Source: an uncultured Actinomycetota bacterium
GTDB taxonomy: Bacteria > Actinomycetota > Actinomycetes > JAHEKZ01
Length of the DNA stretch: 64,000 nt
Direction: 5' to 3'
NCBI GenBank assembly: GCA_963743915.1
Contig: CAVURN010000005.1
Location: forward strand, 288,001-352,000
Made by a program: the position numbers and the translations under genes
Notes under the pieces: model-generated
Databases searched by the model: none
The model's input: only the letters and a program-made list of their open reading frames with translations
Told to the model about the DNA's origin: nothing
Part shown: piece after piece, positions 10,017 through 19,750 of the stretch
Position numbering within the stretch: position 1 is the stretch's first letter
How the letters are laid out: every line of letters starts with the position of its first letter

Positions 10017-10670
10017 GTGGCGACGACTCCAACAACCGGGCCTGGCTGGTCCACGATCAGGACTACTGACGAGCTGAGGGTCTTGCTGGGTGAACCCAAT
10101 GCTCGTGCAAGACACAAGGTGCGCACCAGCCTGACGGAGGTGGATCGGCAATGGCTGGCAGCCACGCCCTTCTGTGTCCTGGCGACAGCATCCGCAACCG
10201 GGCAGTGCGACGCCTCACCGAAGGGTGATCCGGCTGGCCGGCTCGTCCACGTCATCGATGAGCGGACGATCGCGCTGGCCGAACGTCCAGGAAATCGTCG
10301 CACCGACGGGTATCGGAACATCCTCGAGAACCCACATGTCGGACTGAACTTCTTCATCCCCGGACGGGGCGACACGCTGCGCGTCAACGGGAGCGCCGCC
10401 ATCGTGCGAGATGCCCCGTTCTTCAGCGAGATGGTGGTGAAGGGTCACACGCCGATCCTGGCCACCGTTGTTGCGATCGACGAAGTCTTCTTCCACTGCG
10501 CCAAGGCCTTCATGCGCTCCGGGCTGTGGGATCCCGACACGTGGGATCCGTGGGGACATGTCCCACGCCGGGCTGTCGTAGCGCATCTGGTCGAGCCGAA
10601 CGACATGAGCGTCGAACAGCTCGACGAGTACTACCGTCCGGAGAACTACGCCAAGGGCCTGTACACCTGA
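10017..10670 (+). CDS. Pyridoxamine 5'-phosphate oxidase-like FMN-binding protein (MSMEG_1061 family)
   Basis: CDASPKGDP, ERPGNRRTDG..NILENP, LRVNG, FFHCAKAFMRSGLWDP; start approximate. Confidence 0.85.
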   Translation: MATTPTTGPGWSTIRTTDELRVLLGEPNARARHKVRTSLTEVDRQWLAATPFCVLATASATGQCDASPKGDPAGRLVHVIDERTIALAERPGNRRTDGYRNILENPHVGLNFFIPGRGDTLRVNGSAAIVRDAPFFSEMVVKGHTPILATVVAIDEVFFHCAKAFMRSGLWDPDTWDPWGHVPRRAVVAHLVEPNDMSVEQLDEYYRPENYAKGLYT

Positions 10671-10687
10671 GGAGTCCTCAGTGGGCC

Positions 10688-11128
10688 TCAGACGAGGCGC
10701 TCAGCGAGCGAAACGATGATCCCTTCCGGTCCCCGGACGTACGCCATTCGCCAGGCGCCCTCGTACTCGCCGATGCCACCGACCAGTCCGTACCCCTCAC
10801 TGGCCGCCCAGTCGACGGCGGCCTGCAAGTCGCCGACCTCGAAAGCAACGTTCCGCAACCCCAGCTCATTCGCCATGGCATCCGGTCGGCCCGGGACCGA
10901 TTCGGGTCGAACGAACCGTGCGAGCTCCAGGCGGGTGCCCTCGTGGGGCAGCGTCAGCATGACGATCTCGGTTCGGGAGTTGGGAATGCCGCAGACCGTG
11001 TCAAGAAACTCACCCTCGACGAACGTCCGGCCCTCGACCTCCAGACCCAGCGCCACGAAGAACGCCGTCACCCTGTCAAGGTCTGCAACCGTCAGGCCCA
11101 CATGGTCGAAGCGTCGCGCGTATGGCAT
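10688..11128 (-). CDS. VOC/glyoxalase family protein
   Basis: DHVGLTVADLD...LEL...VAFEVGDL...YVRGPEGIIVSLAE. Confidence 0.85.
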   Translation of the reverse strand: MPYARRFDHVGLTVADLDRVTAFFVALGLEVEGRTFVEGEFLDTVCGIPNSRTEIVMLTLPHEGTRLELARFVRPESVPGRPDAMANELGLRNVAFEVGDLQAAVDWAASEGYGLVGGIGEYEGAWRMAYVRGPEGIIVSLAERLV

Positions 11129-11250
11129 CGGCTCACCTTCCACTGGCTGCGTCCACCCTGCCACTGCCCGGTCGCGTCTGCCCCCACCATGCCGTGGACT
11201 GGGTAGGTTGAAACGTGCACCCCGGCGCACGCCCGACACGAGGAGCCGAC

Positions 11251-11595
11251 ATGCCTCAGTACCTCATCTTCTTCAACCAGCAGTGGGTGGGCGACCACAC
11301 CGAGGAGTGGTTCCGCGAGCGCGGGCCGCTCGCGATGGCGGTCGTGGAGGAGATGAAGGCTGCCGGCGTGCACGTGTTCGCGGGCGGGCTGGAGGAGGAA
11401 CCCGAAAGGGCCTTCAGCGCGGATGCGACCAGCGGCACGCTGACGTTCAACGACGGGCCCTTCGTCGAGACACAGGAGTTCCTGGGGGGACTCACCGTGG
11501 TGGACGTGGCCGACGACGAGGCCGCCAAGCTGTGGGCCGGCAAGATTGCCGAAGCGTGCGGCTGGCCCCAGGAGGTTCGTCGCTTCAAACCGTGA
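11251..11595 (+). CDS. YciI/DGPF-family protein
   Basis: AGGL...DGPFVETQEFLGG...A..WA..QEVR; AGGAG RBS. Confidence 0.88.
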   Translation: MPQYLIFFNQQWVGDHTEEWFRERGPLAMAVVEEMKAAGVHVFAGGLEEEPERAFSADATSGTLTFNDGPFVETQEFLGGLTVVDVADDEAAKLWAGKIAEACGWPQEVRRFKP

Positions 11596-11634
11596 CTTGG
11601 CATCGAGTGATCCCCATCAGTTGGCGAGCTGTGT

Positions 11635-11660
11635 CAACCTCTGGGGGTGGTCCGGCGACT
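11635..11660 (+). promoter_or_regulatory. ECF (SigE/ECF39-like) promoter, probably autoregulatory
   Basis: CAACC-N16-CGACT located 7 nt before the sigma ATG. Confidence 0.55.
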
Positions 11661-11667
11661 CTCGGGC

Positions 11668-12240
11668 ATGACGAACTCAGCTGCGGAGGAGATTCTCTCC
11701 ACAGATGATCGGCGCGTCACCCGCGCCCAGCGGGCAACGGCGCCCGCTCGAGACGAGCTCGTCGACATGCTGTTCCGACAGCACTACACCGAGCTGCTCA
11801 GACTCGCCGTCGTCATGATCGGTGACCGCGAGGCCGCGGAGGATGCCGTCCAGGACGCCTTCGCGAGCCTCCACCGCAACTGGCGCGCGCTGCGCGAACC
11901 CGACGTGGCCGAGGCCTATCTGCGTTCCACCGTGCTCAACCGCTGTCGCTCGTGGGTACGGCGTCAGGTCACCCAGCGGGCCGCACGACCGCTGATGCTC
12001 ATCCGTCAGCACCAGCCAAGCGCGGAGGACACGATCGTGGACCGAGACGAGGTCGGGTCACTGGTGGCGGTCATGCGCACGCTGCCCCGACGTCAGCGTG
12101 AGGTGCTCGCCTGTCGGTTCGTCCTCGACCTCTCGGTGGAAGAAACAGCTCATCTGCTCTCGATCAGCGAGGGATCGGTCAAGACCCACAGCCATCGCGG
12201 CTTGAAGGCGCTCGAGAAGCGGATCGAGGTGACCCGATGA
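11668..12240 (+). CDS. ECF RNA polymerase sigma factor (SigE family)
   Basis: AEDAVQDAF (region 2), LPRRQREVL...SVEETA...SEGSVKTH..RG (region 4). Confidence 0.92.
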   Translation: MTNSAAEEILSTDDRRVTRAQRATAPARDELVDMLFRQHYTELLRLAVVMIGDREAAEDAVQDAFASLHRNWRALREPDVAEAYLRSTVLNRCRSWVRRQVTQRAARPLMLIRQHQPSAEDTIVDRDEVGSLVAVMRTLPRRQREVLACRFVLDLSVEETAHLLSISEGSVKTHSHRGLKALEKRIEVTR

Positions 12241-13257
12241 GCACCATCGAAGAGCAGCTGCAACGGGACATCTCGGCAGTAACCGGAGGTGTCGTCGTGA
12301 CGGATTCAGACCTGCGAGAAGCCCGGGCAGTCCATGGAGGATCGCATCGAGGCGACGGGCAGAGCGAGCCGTGATCGCACCTTTCTGGCAGCCGCCGCGG
12401 CGGCCGTAGTGGTTGCGGGCGCTGGCCTTCGCGGCGCTTCCAGGCGCTGTCCGAGGACGACGACACGGCGGTGCCGCCGGCCGGTGGCGAAGGTCCACCG
12501 ATGACTCTACGCGGACTTCCTGAACGGAGAGGCTCCGACGCACGAGAACTCATCGACGGGTTCTGGCGGGTCGACAACGGCAACCTCATGGTGCGGTTCC
12601 AGCAGGACGGAACCGTTCAGTTCTCCGACAAGGGCGCGGTCATCTCCGACCCCGTCACCATCGGAACCTACGAGATCGATGGGCGACACGATCACGGTGA
12701 CGCGTCCGATGCGCCTGGCTGCGTCAGCCCGGAGTGGACCATGCGCGCCGCACTATCCGCGAGCCGGGAGATCGCCAACCTCGTCCTGTCCGACTTGGAG
12801 TTCGGGACTGCGACAGCGTCGCATCGACGATCGTCCTGCACCAGGTCGTCCCGACGGGATCGATCCTCGCCGACATGGACAACTCCGGCTGTGCGTGGCT
12901 GGCAGGCGACGACCGACAGGAAGTGGCTCTTCGGCGACTGGATGGCGGAGGGCGGCGGCTACCTCCTGGAGACTCACCCAGGACGGGTCCTACTACGTCG
13001 TCGATGAGTCTGCTGACGTGGTCGACAACGGCCGCTGGCGGTTCCGCGAGCTCAGACGCTGGAGCTCTTCAGCCGGACCGAGTCGCCACAGTGCGACGAA
13101 GGCGACTCGCTCGTACTCGGCAACCTGGAGCAGGTCACCCCCGGCACCACCATGATTCGTGGGACCGTCGAGCAGAACGACTGCGGCGGGGGCTGGACAC
13201 CGCAGACGTGGATCCGGATCCCCGACACCAGCCCTTCGGACACCAGCGGCGAGCTAG
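12237..13257 (+). CDS. Single-TM extracytoplasmic protein coupled to the ECF sigma (anti-sigma-like); multiple frameshifts
   Basis: ATGA overlap with sigma; MSTIEEQLQRD..., TM AAAAAAVVVAG, then two G-x-W beta-rich units (IDGFWRVDNG...DGT; LFGDWMAEGG...DGSY) spread over several frames; end approximate. Confidence 0.55.
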
Positions 13258-13637
13258 TCGGCGAGCTGACCCAGCGGGTGCAGCAGACAGAACTCGTTTC
13301 CCTCGGGATCGGCCAGCACTGCCCACGGCGCATCGCCCTGCCCGACGTCGACTCGGACGGCACCGACATCGAGCAGGCGTTGCAGCTCAGCCTCGTGGTC
13401 ACCGTCGACCGGGCGCACGTCGACGTGCAGCCGCAGCTTCTGCAACTTGGCGTTTGTGCTCGGCACGAACACGAGGGTTGGTCCTTGCTGCTCCTCAGGT
13501 GAGGCACCGATCTCGACCTGGCCGTCGTAGCGGTCAAGAACCGACCAGCCCAGGACCTCGCACCAGAACGCAGCGAGGCCCTCGGGGTCACGAGCATCCA
13601 GGACGAGCTCGCTCAGTCGTGATGTCACATGAGTCAT
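13254..13637 (-). CDS. VOC/glyoxalase-like (Glyoxalase_6) protein
   Basis: LDARDPEGLAAFW..LG...KLRLHVDV...W.VLADPEGNEFC. Confidence 0.88.
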   Translation of the reverse strand: MTHVTSRLSELVLDARDPEGLAAFWCEVLGWSVLDRYDGQVEIGASPEEQQGPTLVFVPSTNAKLQKLRLHVDVRPVDGDHEAELQRLLDVGAVRVDVGQGDAPWAVLADPEGNEFCLLHPLGQLAD

Positions 13638-13712
13638 GCTGCCAGGCAGCAGACAGGAGACAGGACCTGTCGGGGGTGCGGGTGTGGCGGCAGCGGTGGA
13701 CAGCCAACGATT

Positions 13713-13769
13713 GGCGAGTTGCTTGCGGTTTTGGGCCCCGTGATCCCCGAAAAGCGCAAGCAATCCGCC
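13713..13769. repeat. Imperfect intergenic inverted repeat (REP-like hairpin)
   Basis: TTGCTTGCG (13719-27) pairs with CGCAAGCAA (13755-63), extended by GGCG/CGCC outside and TTTT/AAAA inside. Confidence 0.6.
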
Positions 13770-13853
13770 GGTCTGGCCTTTCTCCACCGACGAGCATCCC
13801 GCTGACAGACATCGCCGCGCTGTGAGTCCTCCCAAGGGACACTCGGCGAGCCG

Positions 13854-15221
13854 TCAGGTCACCAGGAAGCCCAGCAGGTCCTGCCGGGTGAGCACTCCGA
13901 TCGGCTTGCCGTCCTCGAGCACCACCACGGCGTCGGCCTTCTCCAGCGCCGTCACCGCGGCGGTCGCCGGCTCGCCGGCACCGACGCCGGGGAGCGCGGG
14001 TGACATGTGGTCCTCGACCCGGTCGGAGAGCTTGGCGCGTCCGGTGAAGAGGGCATCGAGGAGGTCGCGCTCGAGCACGGAGCCGGCGACCTCTGCGGCC
14101 ATCACCGGGGGTTCGGCGCGCACGACCGGCATCTGCGAGACGCCGTACTCGCGGAGGATCTCGATCGCCTCGGCCAGCGTCTCATTCGGGTGCGTGTGCA
14201 CGAATGTCGGCAGATCCTCACCCTTCACCCGCAGCACATCGCCGACCGACTGGCTCTCGCCTTCCTCGGGCAGGAATCCGTACTGCCCGAGCCATTCGTC
14301 GTTGAAGACCTTCGACAGGTATCCGCGGCCGGAGTCGGGGAGCAGCACGACCACCAGGTCGTCCGGCGTCAGGCGCTGCGCCACCTGCACGGCGGCCACG
14401 ACCGCCATCCCGCACGATCCACCGACCAGCAGCCCTTCTTCACGGGCGAGCCGACGCGTCATGGCGAACGAGTCAGCGTCACTGACCGCGATGACTTCGT
14501 CGACGAGTGACGCGTCGTACGTCGTCGGCCAGAAGTCCTCACCGACACCTTCGACCAGGTACGGACGCCCCGTGCCCCCGGAGTAGACCGATCCCTCAGG
14601 GTCGGCACCGATGATCTGCACCCGGCCGTCGGAGACCTCCTTGAGGTAACGGCCGGTGCCGGTGATGGTGCCGCCGGTGCCGACGCCCGCGACGAAGTGC
14701 GTGATCGTGCCGTCGGTCTGACGCCACAGCTCCGGACCGGTCTGCTCGTAGTGGGACAACGGGTTGTTCTCGTTGGAGTACTGGTCCGGCTTCCAGGCGC
14801 CAGGGATGTCACGTGCCAACCGGTCGCTGACGTTGTAGTACGAGTCCGGGTGCTCAGGTGGCACGGCGGTCGGGCAGACGACGACCTCGGCGCCGTACGC
14901 CTTGAGCACGTTGATCTTGTCCTGGCTGACCTTGTCGGGGACGACGAAGACACACGAGTAGCCGCGCTGCTGCGCCACCATCGCGAGACCCACGCCGGTG
15001 TTGCCCGACGTCGGCTCGACGATCGTGCCTCCGGGTTCCAGCAGGCCCTCGCGCTCGGCCGCGTCCACCATGCGGAGCGCGATCCGGTCCTTGACCGACC
15101 CGCCGGGGTTGAAGTACTCGACCTTCGCGTACACCGGCGCCGCGGCGCCTTCGGTGACCTTGTGCAGGCGGACGAGCGGCGTGTTGCCGATCAGCTCGAT
15201 GACTGAGTCGTAGGTCTCCAC
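13854..15221 (-). CDS. cbs: Cystathionine beta-synthase with C-terminal CBS domains
   Basis: KVEYFNPGGSVKDR, EPTSGNTG, GVGTGGT, PDSGRGYLSK; C-terminal VSQMPV/GVLTRQD. Confidence 0.95.
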   Translation of the reverse strand: METYDSVIELIGNTPLVRLHKVTEGAAAPVYAKVEYFNPGGSVKDRIALRMVDAAEREGLLEPGGTIVEPTSGNTGVGLAMVAQQRGYSCVFVVPDKVSQDKINVLKAYGAEVVVCPTAVPPEHPDSYYNVSDRLARDIPGAWKPDQYSNENNPLSHYEQTGPELWRQTDGTITHFVAGVGTGGTITGTGRYLKEVSDGRVQIIGADPEGSVYSGGTGRPYLVEGVGEDFWPTTYDASLVDEVIAVSDADSFAMTRRLAREEGLLVGGSCGMAVVAAVQVAQRLTPDDLVVVLLPDSGRGYLSKVFNDEWLGQYGFLPEEGESQSVGDVLRVKGEDLPTFVHTHPNETLAEAIEILREYGVSQMPVVRAEPPVMAAEVAGSVLERDLLDALFTGRAKLSDRVEDHMSPALPGVGAGEPATAAVTALEKADAVVVLEDGKPIGVLTRQDLLGFLVT

Positions 15222-15243
15222 AAGGGTCAGCCTACGGCCGGCC

Positions 15244-15549
15244 CTACTCGAGCCATTCGGCGTCCGGTGCCTGCTCGTGCATGCCTCCGGCCTCGTCGCG
15301 GTCGCGGCGGACCGCGAGGAGCACGTAGCCGAAGGCGGCGCCGGTCAGCGCCACCGTGCCGAGCACCATGAGGACCTGGGCGGCAAGCGCCACCCCGAAG
15401 CCATCCATCATGAATGAGCGGCCGCGTCCACCCTCGAACTGCACCCACTGCAGCAGGGTCGAGGCGACCAGGGCGCCGAGCCCTCCGAGCAGCAGTCCCC
15501 GTGACAGCTTCGACAGGTGGGAGGCCGACTTCGTCAGGGGCTCGTCCAT
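15244..15549 (-). CDS. Hypothetical two-TM membrane protein
   Basis: Two hydrophobic helices; TATCGT -10 6 nt before ATG. Confidence 0.6.
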   Translation of the reverse strand: MDEPLTKSASHLSKLSRGLLLGGLGALVASTLLQWVQFEGGRGRSFMMDGFGVALAAQVLMVLGTVALTGAAFGYVLLAVRRDRDEAGGMHEQAPDAEWLE

Positions 15550-15655
15550 GCGGTCACGATAGCCCGCTGGCGGGAGATGATCGGGCTCGCCGGACCTGAC
15601 GGCGGGGTCGATTACGGTAGATCATCGACGATCCACAAGCGCTTCGGGAGGCGAC

Positions 15656-16627
15656 ATGACACGCGCCAGCCGCGCGCGCGCGATCGCCTCGGCTGCGGCC
15701 GTCGGGGGCGCCGGCCTGGTGGGTGCCGGCGGCGCCGTCTACGGCCTCCTGCTCGGTCAATCGCGTCTGGCCCGCCGCCGGATCGGCGAGCCACAGGAGG
15801 AGCCGCTCGACGCCGACGGGGTCTACGGCAACGGTGACGCGCCGATCCGCCTGGTGGTGCTGGGCGACTCCGGGGCGGCAGGCTTCGGTGTCGAGCACCC
15901 CGAGCAGACCACCGGGGCGGTGATCGCGGGCGAGCTGGCGGCCGCGACCGGACGCCCGGTGCAGCTGCGCACGCACGCCCAGGTCGGGGCGCAGAGCGGT
16001 GACCTGCAGGCACAGATCGACCTGATCGAGCCCCCGTGGCCCGACCTCGCGGTCATCGCGGTCGGTGCCAATGACGTCACCCACCGGGTGACCCCAGGCC
16101 GGTCGGTGGCCCTGCTGTCGGCGGCGATCGGGCGTCTGCGTGAGCACGGCGTCGCGGTGGTGGTCGGCACCTGCCCCGACCTCGGGACCGTTCGTCCCAT
16201 CCCGCACCCGTTGAAGTGGGTGGCTCGCCGCTGGAGCCGCTCGCTGGCCGCCGCCCAGACCGTGGCGGCGGTGGCCGCCGGTGCCCGCAGCGTCGCCCTC
16301 GCCGACCTGCTGGGTGCCGAGTTCGCGGCGCATCCCGACACGATGTTCGGCCCCGACCAGTTCCACCCGTCCCCCGCCGGCTACCGAGCATTCGCCTTGG
16401 CGCTCGCGCCCAGCCTCGTCGAGGCGCTCACCGAGCCTGCGCCTGGCCTGGTCGACCCGGCGTCCCGCGAGCTGGCCCGCGTCGCCGCCGAGGCCGCCGA
16501 GGTCGCGGGCGCCGAGGTCAGCGCCGAGCAGGGCTCGAGGGCGCGGCGGCTGCTGCGCCTGCGACGTCCCGCGTCCCCCGCCGACGACTCTGCCGACGAC
16601 TCCGCCGCCAGCGAGCCGTTGCCCTAG
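15656..16627 (+). CDS. SGNH/GDSL hydrolase (Rv1075c-like)
   Basis: LGDS, VGAND, DQFHPS; conserved next to cbs. Confidence 0.9.
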   Translation: MTRASRARAIASAAAVGGAGLVGAGGAVYGLLLGQSRLARRRIGEPQEEPLDADGVYGNGDAPIRLVVLGDSGAAGFGVEHPEQTTGAVIAGELAAATGRPVQLRTHAQVGAQSGDLQAQIDLIEPPWPDLAVIAVGANDVTHRVTPGRSVALLSAAIGRLREHGVAVVVGTCPDLGTVRPIPHPLKWVARRWSRSLAAAQTVAAVAAGARSVALADLLGAEFAAHPDTMFGPDQFHPSPAGYRAFALALAPSLVEALTEPAPGLVDPASRELARVAAEAAEVAGAEVSAEQGSRARRLLRLRRPASPADDSADDSAASEPLP

Positions 16628-16935
16628 AGGCGGTCCCGCAGCCGCCGGACGCGCTCCTGCCACGGCTCGAGAGGCGCCTCCCCCTGCTCGACGCGCTCGA
16701 GGAACTCCCGTCCCACCACCGCCAGCTGGTCTCCGCTGGCCAACGGATGCAGGCGCGGCACCGGCTCAGGCGTCCCGGACGCGGCAGCGGCCCAGGCGGC
16801 CAAGGCGTGGCACTCGGCCGCGACCGACCCCGCGGAGAGTCCGTCGTCAGCACGGGTGAGCCGGGCCTCGGACATCGATCGGAGACGGTCCACCACCCGC
16901 TCGAGCACCTCGCGGTCAGCGCTCACGTCGGACAC
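16624..16935 (-). CDS. Conserved hypothetical protein
   Basis: DRLR..SEARL...VPRL...DQLAVVG pattern; TAGCGT -10 before GTG. Confidence 0.6.
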   Translation of the reverse strand: MSDVSADREVLERVVDRLRSMSEARLTRADDGLSAGSVAAECHALAAWAAAASGTPEPVPRLHPLASGDQLAVVGREFLERVEQGEAPLEPWQERVRRLRDRL

Positions 16936-17033
16936 GCTCCGCACGCTATCTCGGGACCTTCGGGCTCTTGCGGAGCCCCGATGGGTCGGGCACCGTAGAG
17001 GCCACCTTCGACGTTCAGACCTTGGGAGTCGCC

Positions 17034-17267
17034 ATGTCCTCTCTGCACCACTCCGAAGAGACCCACACGAACCTCGTGACCCGGCTGCCCCAGGCGACCG
17101 GGCGCACGATGGACGAGTGGTTCCAGGTGGTGCAGGACGGCCCGGCGCTCACCAGGTTCGAGGAACGCGTGCACTGGTTGCAGGACGAGCACGAGGTGTC
17201 CCACGGCTACGCCACGGCGATCGTCCACGAGTACGACAAGCGACGCGCAGCGCGTCGCGTGCAGTAG
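17034..17267 (+). CDS. DUF4287-family small protein
   Basis: SEETH.NL..R.P..TGR...W...FEERV.WL..EH..SHGYA.AIVHEYD. Confidence 0.8.
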   Translation: MSSLHHSEETHTNLVTRLPQATGRTMDEWFQVVQDGPALTRFEERVHWLQDEHEVSHGYATAIVHEYDKRRAARRVQ

Positions 17268-17274
17268 GCCTCCG

Positions 17275-18120
17275 TCAGTCGGAGTTGAGGATCGCCAGGA
17301 AGCGCAGGATCTCGAGGTACAGCCAGACCAGTGTGACGACCAGGCCGAGGGCAGCGCGCCACGACTCACGCTCGGGTACGCCGAGCGCGACGGCCTGCTC
17401 GATCGCGTCGAAGTCGAGAACCAGGGAGAACGAGGCGAGGGCTACACCGGCGATGCAGAGCAGGAGGCCGAGACCGCCGACTCCGAAGAAGCCCCAGCCG
17501 TCACCGACGCCGAAGAACGAGCTGATGAGGCTCACGACGGCGATGCCGAGGTAGGCGAGCATCGCGCCCATCATCATCTTCTTGAAGCGACCGGTGACCT
17601 TGATGATGCGGGTGCCGTACAGGAAGAGCATGGCGACGAACGCCCCGAACGTGCCGATCACTGCCTGAATGACGATGTTCGTCGGCTCCTGCCCGGAGGC
17701 AAGGTTGCTCTGGTTGACGTACTCCTGCAGCCAGTAGCTGAATCCCCCGATCACGACGCCCTCGAGCGCCGCGTACGCCAGCACGGCGACGGGCTGGACC
17801 TGCTTGGCCATGACCTGCCAGATGGCCAGGACGGTGGCCGCGATCATCGCGATCAGGACGATGCCGAAGCCGACCTGCATGGTCCAGGCCACCCAGGCCG
17901 TGGCGAGCAAAGGCACGAACATCGCCGCCGTCTTCACGACGACGTCGGTGACGGTCATCGGTGCACCCACCGGCGCAGCAACAGCGGGCGGTGCCGGTGG
18001 GACGTCGTACCCCGCTGGTGCCTCCGTCGTTGCAGTGGCGGTCGCGCCGAAACCTGCGTATCCACCGTTGCGCTTGGCGTCCTGCTCCATGCGCGCGATC
18101 ACTGGGTTGCGTGATTCCAT
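17275..18120 (-). CDS. Bax inhibitor-1/YccA family membrane protein
   Basis: MESRNPV, MT..DVV.KT, YAALEG, LDFD.IE, TLVWLYLEILR. Confidence 0.9.
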   Translation of the reverse strand: MESRNPVIARMEQDAKRNGGYAGFGATATATTEAPAGYDVPPAPPAVAAPVGAPMTVTDVVVKTAAMFVPLLATAWVAWTMQVGFGIVLIAMIAATVLAIWQVMAKQVQPVAVLAYAALEGVVIGGFSYWLQEYVNQSNLASGQEPTNIVIQAVIGTFGAFVAMLFLYGTRIIKVTGRFKKMMMGAMLAYLGIAVVSLISSFFGVGDGWGFFGVGGLGLLLCIAGVALASFSLVLDFDAIEQAVALGVPERESWRAALGLVVTLVWLYLEILRFLAILNSD

Positions 18121-18225
18121 CCGGACCGATCGTCCCCTTCGTGTGGCCGACGTGCGTAGGACAAGCGTAACCGACTTCGGGTGTGGGGGCGTCCTCGCGC
18201 CCTGAGGTCACCGGAGTCACCCAGG

Positions 18226-18307
18226 TGCCCGGAGTGGGACTCGAACCCACACGCCTTGCGGCAGACCATTTTAAGTGGTCCGCGGCTGCCAGTTACGCCA
18301 TCCGGGC
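18226..18307 (-). tRNA. tRNA-Leu(TAA), bldA-type
   Basis: GCCCGGA acceptor stem, GACCA-CT TAA AA-TGGTC anticodon arm, long variable arm, GGTTCGAGTCC T-loop; CCA not encoded. Confidence 0.95.
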
Positions 18308-18329
18308 GACCGTTCCAGGCTAGTGGGCG

Positions 18330-19682
18330 TCAGGCGGCGGGGGGTGCCTTGGGCTCGGCCGGGCTCGCCGCCTGCTGGAACTCGGTGAAGGGCTCGTGCA
18401 TCGACCAGAGCGAGACGATCTCGCGCTTGAAGAACAGCGCCATCGTCCAGTCGACGATCACGCGGGTCTTCCGGTTGAGCGTCGGCACCCGACTCATGTG
18501 ATACGTCCGGTGCATGAACCAGGCCAGGACGCCCTTGAGCTTGATGCCGTAGACGTTGGCGACGCCCTTGTACAGCCCAAGGCCGGCGACCGACCCCACG
18601 TACTTGTGCTTGTACTCGTGCAGCGGGAACCCGCGCAGGGCGGCGACGATGTTGTCGGCCAGGACCTTCGACTGGCGGACGGCGTGCTGTGCGTTGGGAG
18701 CGCACTCGGTGCCCTCGGGCATGGTCAGGTCCGGCACCGCCACCGCGTCGCCGGCACCCCAAGCGTTCTCGGTCCCGGACACGCGGAGGGTGGCGTCCGC
18801 CACCAGACGCCCGCGCTCGGTGAGCGGCAGGTCGGTGCTGGCCAGCACCGGGTGGGCCTTGACCCCCGCGGTCCACACCACCGTCTCGGAGTCGAACTCG
18901 GTGCCGTCGGACAGGACGACGTGTCCGCCCACGCACGACTCGAGCCGCGTCTGCAGCTTGACGTCGATACCCCGCTTGCGCAGCTGCTCGAGCGTCCAGA
19001 CGCCCATCTCGGGTCCGACCTCCGGCAGGATCGCGTCCGCCGCCTCCACCAGGTGGAACTTGACGTCGTCCGGCTCGATCGAGTGGTAGTAGCGCGTGGC
19101 GTAGCGCGCCATGTCCTCCAGCTCCGCCAGCGCCTCGACACCCGCGAACCCACCACCGACGACGACCACGTGCAGGTTGCGTGCGCGGATCTCCGGACTG
19201 TGCGTCGACTCGGCGATGTCGAGGCACTCCAGAACGCGGTTGCGCAGCTGGATGGCTTCCTCGACCGTCTTGAAGCCGGTCGCCCACTCGGCCAGGCCGG
19301 GGATCGGCAGCGTCCGTGAGACCGAGCCGACCGCGATGACGATGTGCTCGTACTCCAGCGTGTAGGGCTCCCCCTCGAGCGGCTGGATGGTCGCGACGCG
19401 CTCGGCGTGACGGACCTCGGTCACCTTGCCCGTGAGGATCTCGGCCCCACGCAGCACTCGGCGCAGAGGCACCACCACGTGACGCGGTGACACCGCACCG
19501 GCAGCGGCCTCGGGAAGGAACGGCTGGTACGTCATGTACGAGTGCGGGTTCACGACAGTGACGACCGCCTCGTCGTCGTGAAGCTTCTTCAGCAGCCGGA
19601 GAGCCGTGTACAGGCCGACGTAGCCGCCTCCCACGATCAGGATGCGAGGCCTGGGGGGGCGGGTGATCGGTGCGGCGCTCAT
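18330..19682 (-). CDS. ndh: Type II NADH dehydrogenase
   Basis: GGGYVG, YQPFLPE, GGGFAGVE, WTAGV, GD, PNAQHA.RQ. Confidence 0.88.
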   Translation of the reverse strand: MSAAPITRPPRPRILIVGGGYVGLYTALRLLKKLHDDEAVVTVVNPHSYMTYQPFLPEAAAGAVSPRHVVVPLRRVLRGAEILTGKVTEVRHAERVATIQPLEGEPYTLEYEHIVIAVGSVSRTLPIPGLAEWATGFKTVEEAIQLRNRVLECLDIAESTHSPEIRARNLHVVVVGGGFAGVEALAELEDMARYATRYYHSIEPDDVKFHLVEAADAILPEVGPEMGVWTLEQLRKRGIDVKLQTRLESCVGGHVVLSDGTEFDSETVVWTAGVKAHPVLASTDLPLTERGRLVADATLRVSGTENAWGAGDAVAVPDLTMPEGTECAPNAQHAVRQSKVLADNIVAALRGFPLHEYKHKYVGSVAGLGLYKGVANVYGIKLKGVLAWFMHRTYHMSRVPTLNRKTRVIVDWTMALFFKREIVSLWSMHEPFTEFQQAASPAEPKAPPAA

Positions 19683-19732
19683 GGCACGAGGGTAGGCACC
19701 GGCCCTGGTCCGCTGGCTAGCCGCAGCGGCAA

Positions 19733-19750
19733 AATCTTGAGGTCAAGTTG
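19733..19750. promoter_or_regulatory. TamR/UrtR-like palindromic operator upstream of ndh
   Basis: AATCTTGAGGTCAAGTTG, core CTTGA-N2-TCAAG; AT-rich palindrome in GC-rich intergenic DNA. Confidence 0.55.

Noticed and set aside
18120-18330. Integrative element at tRNA-Leu (or at tRNA-Gln, 45050)
   Set aside because: No integrase and no duplicated tRNA 3' end seen; flanking genes are core
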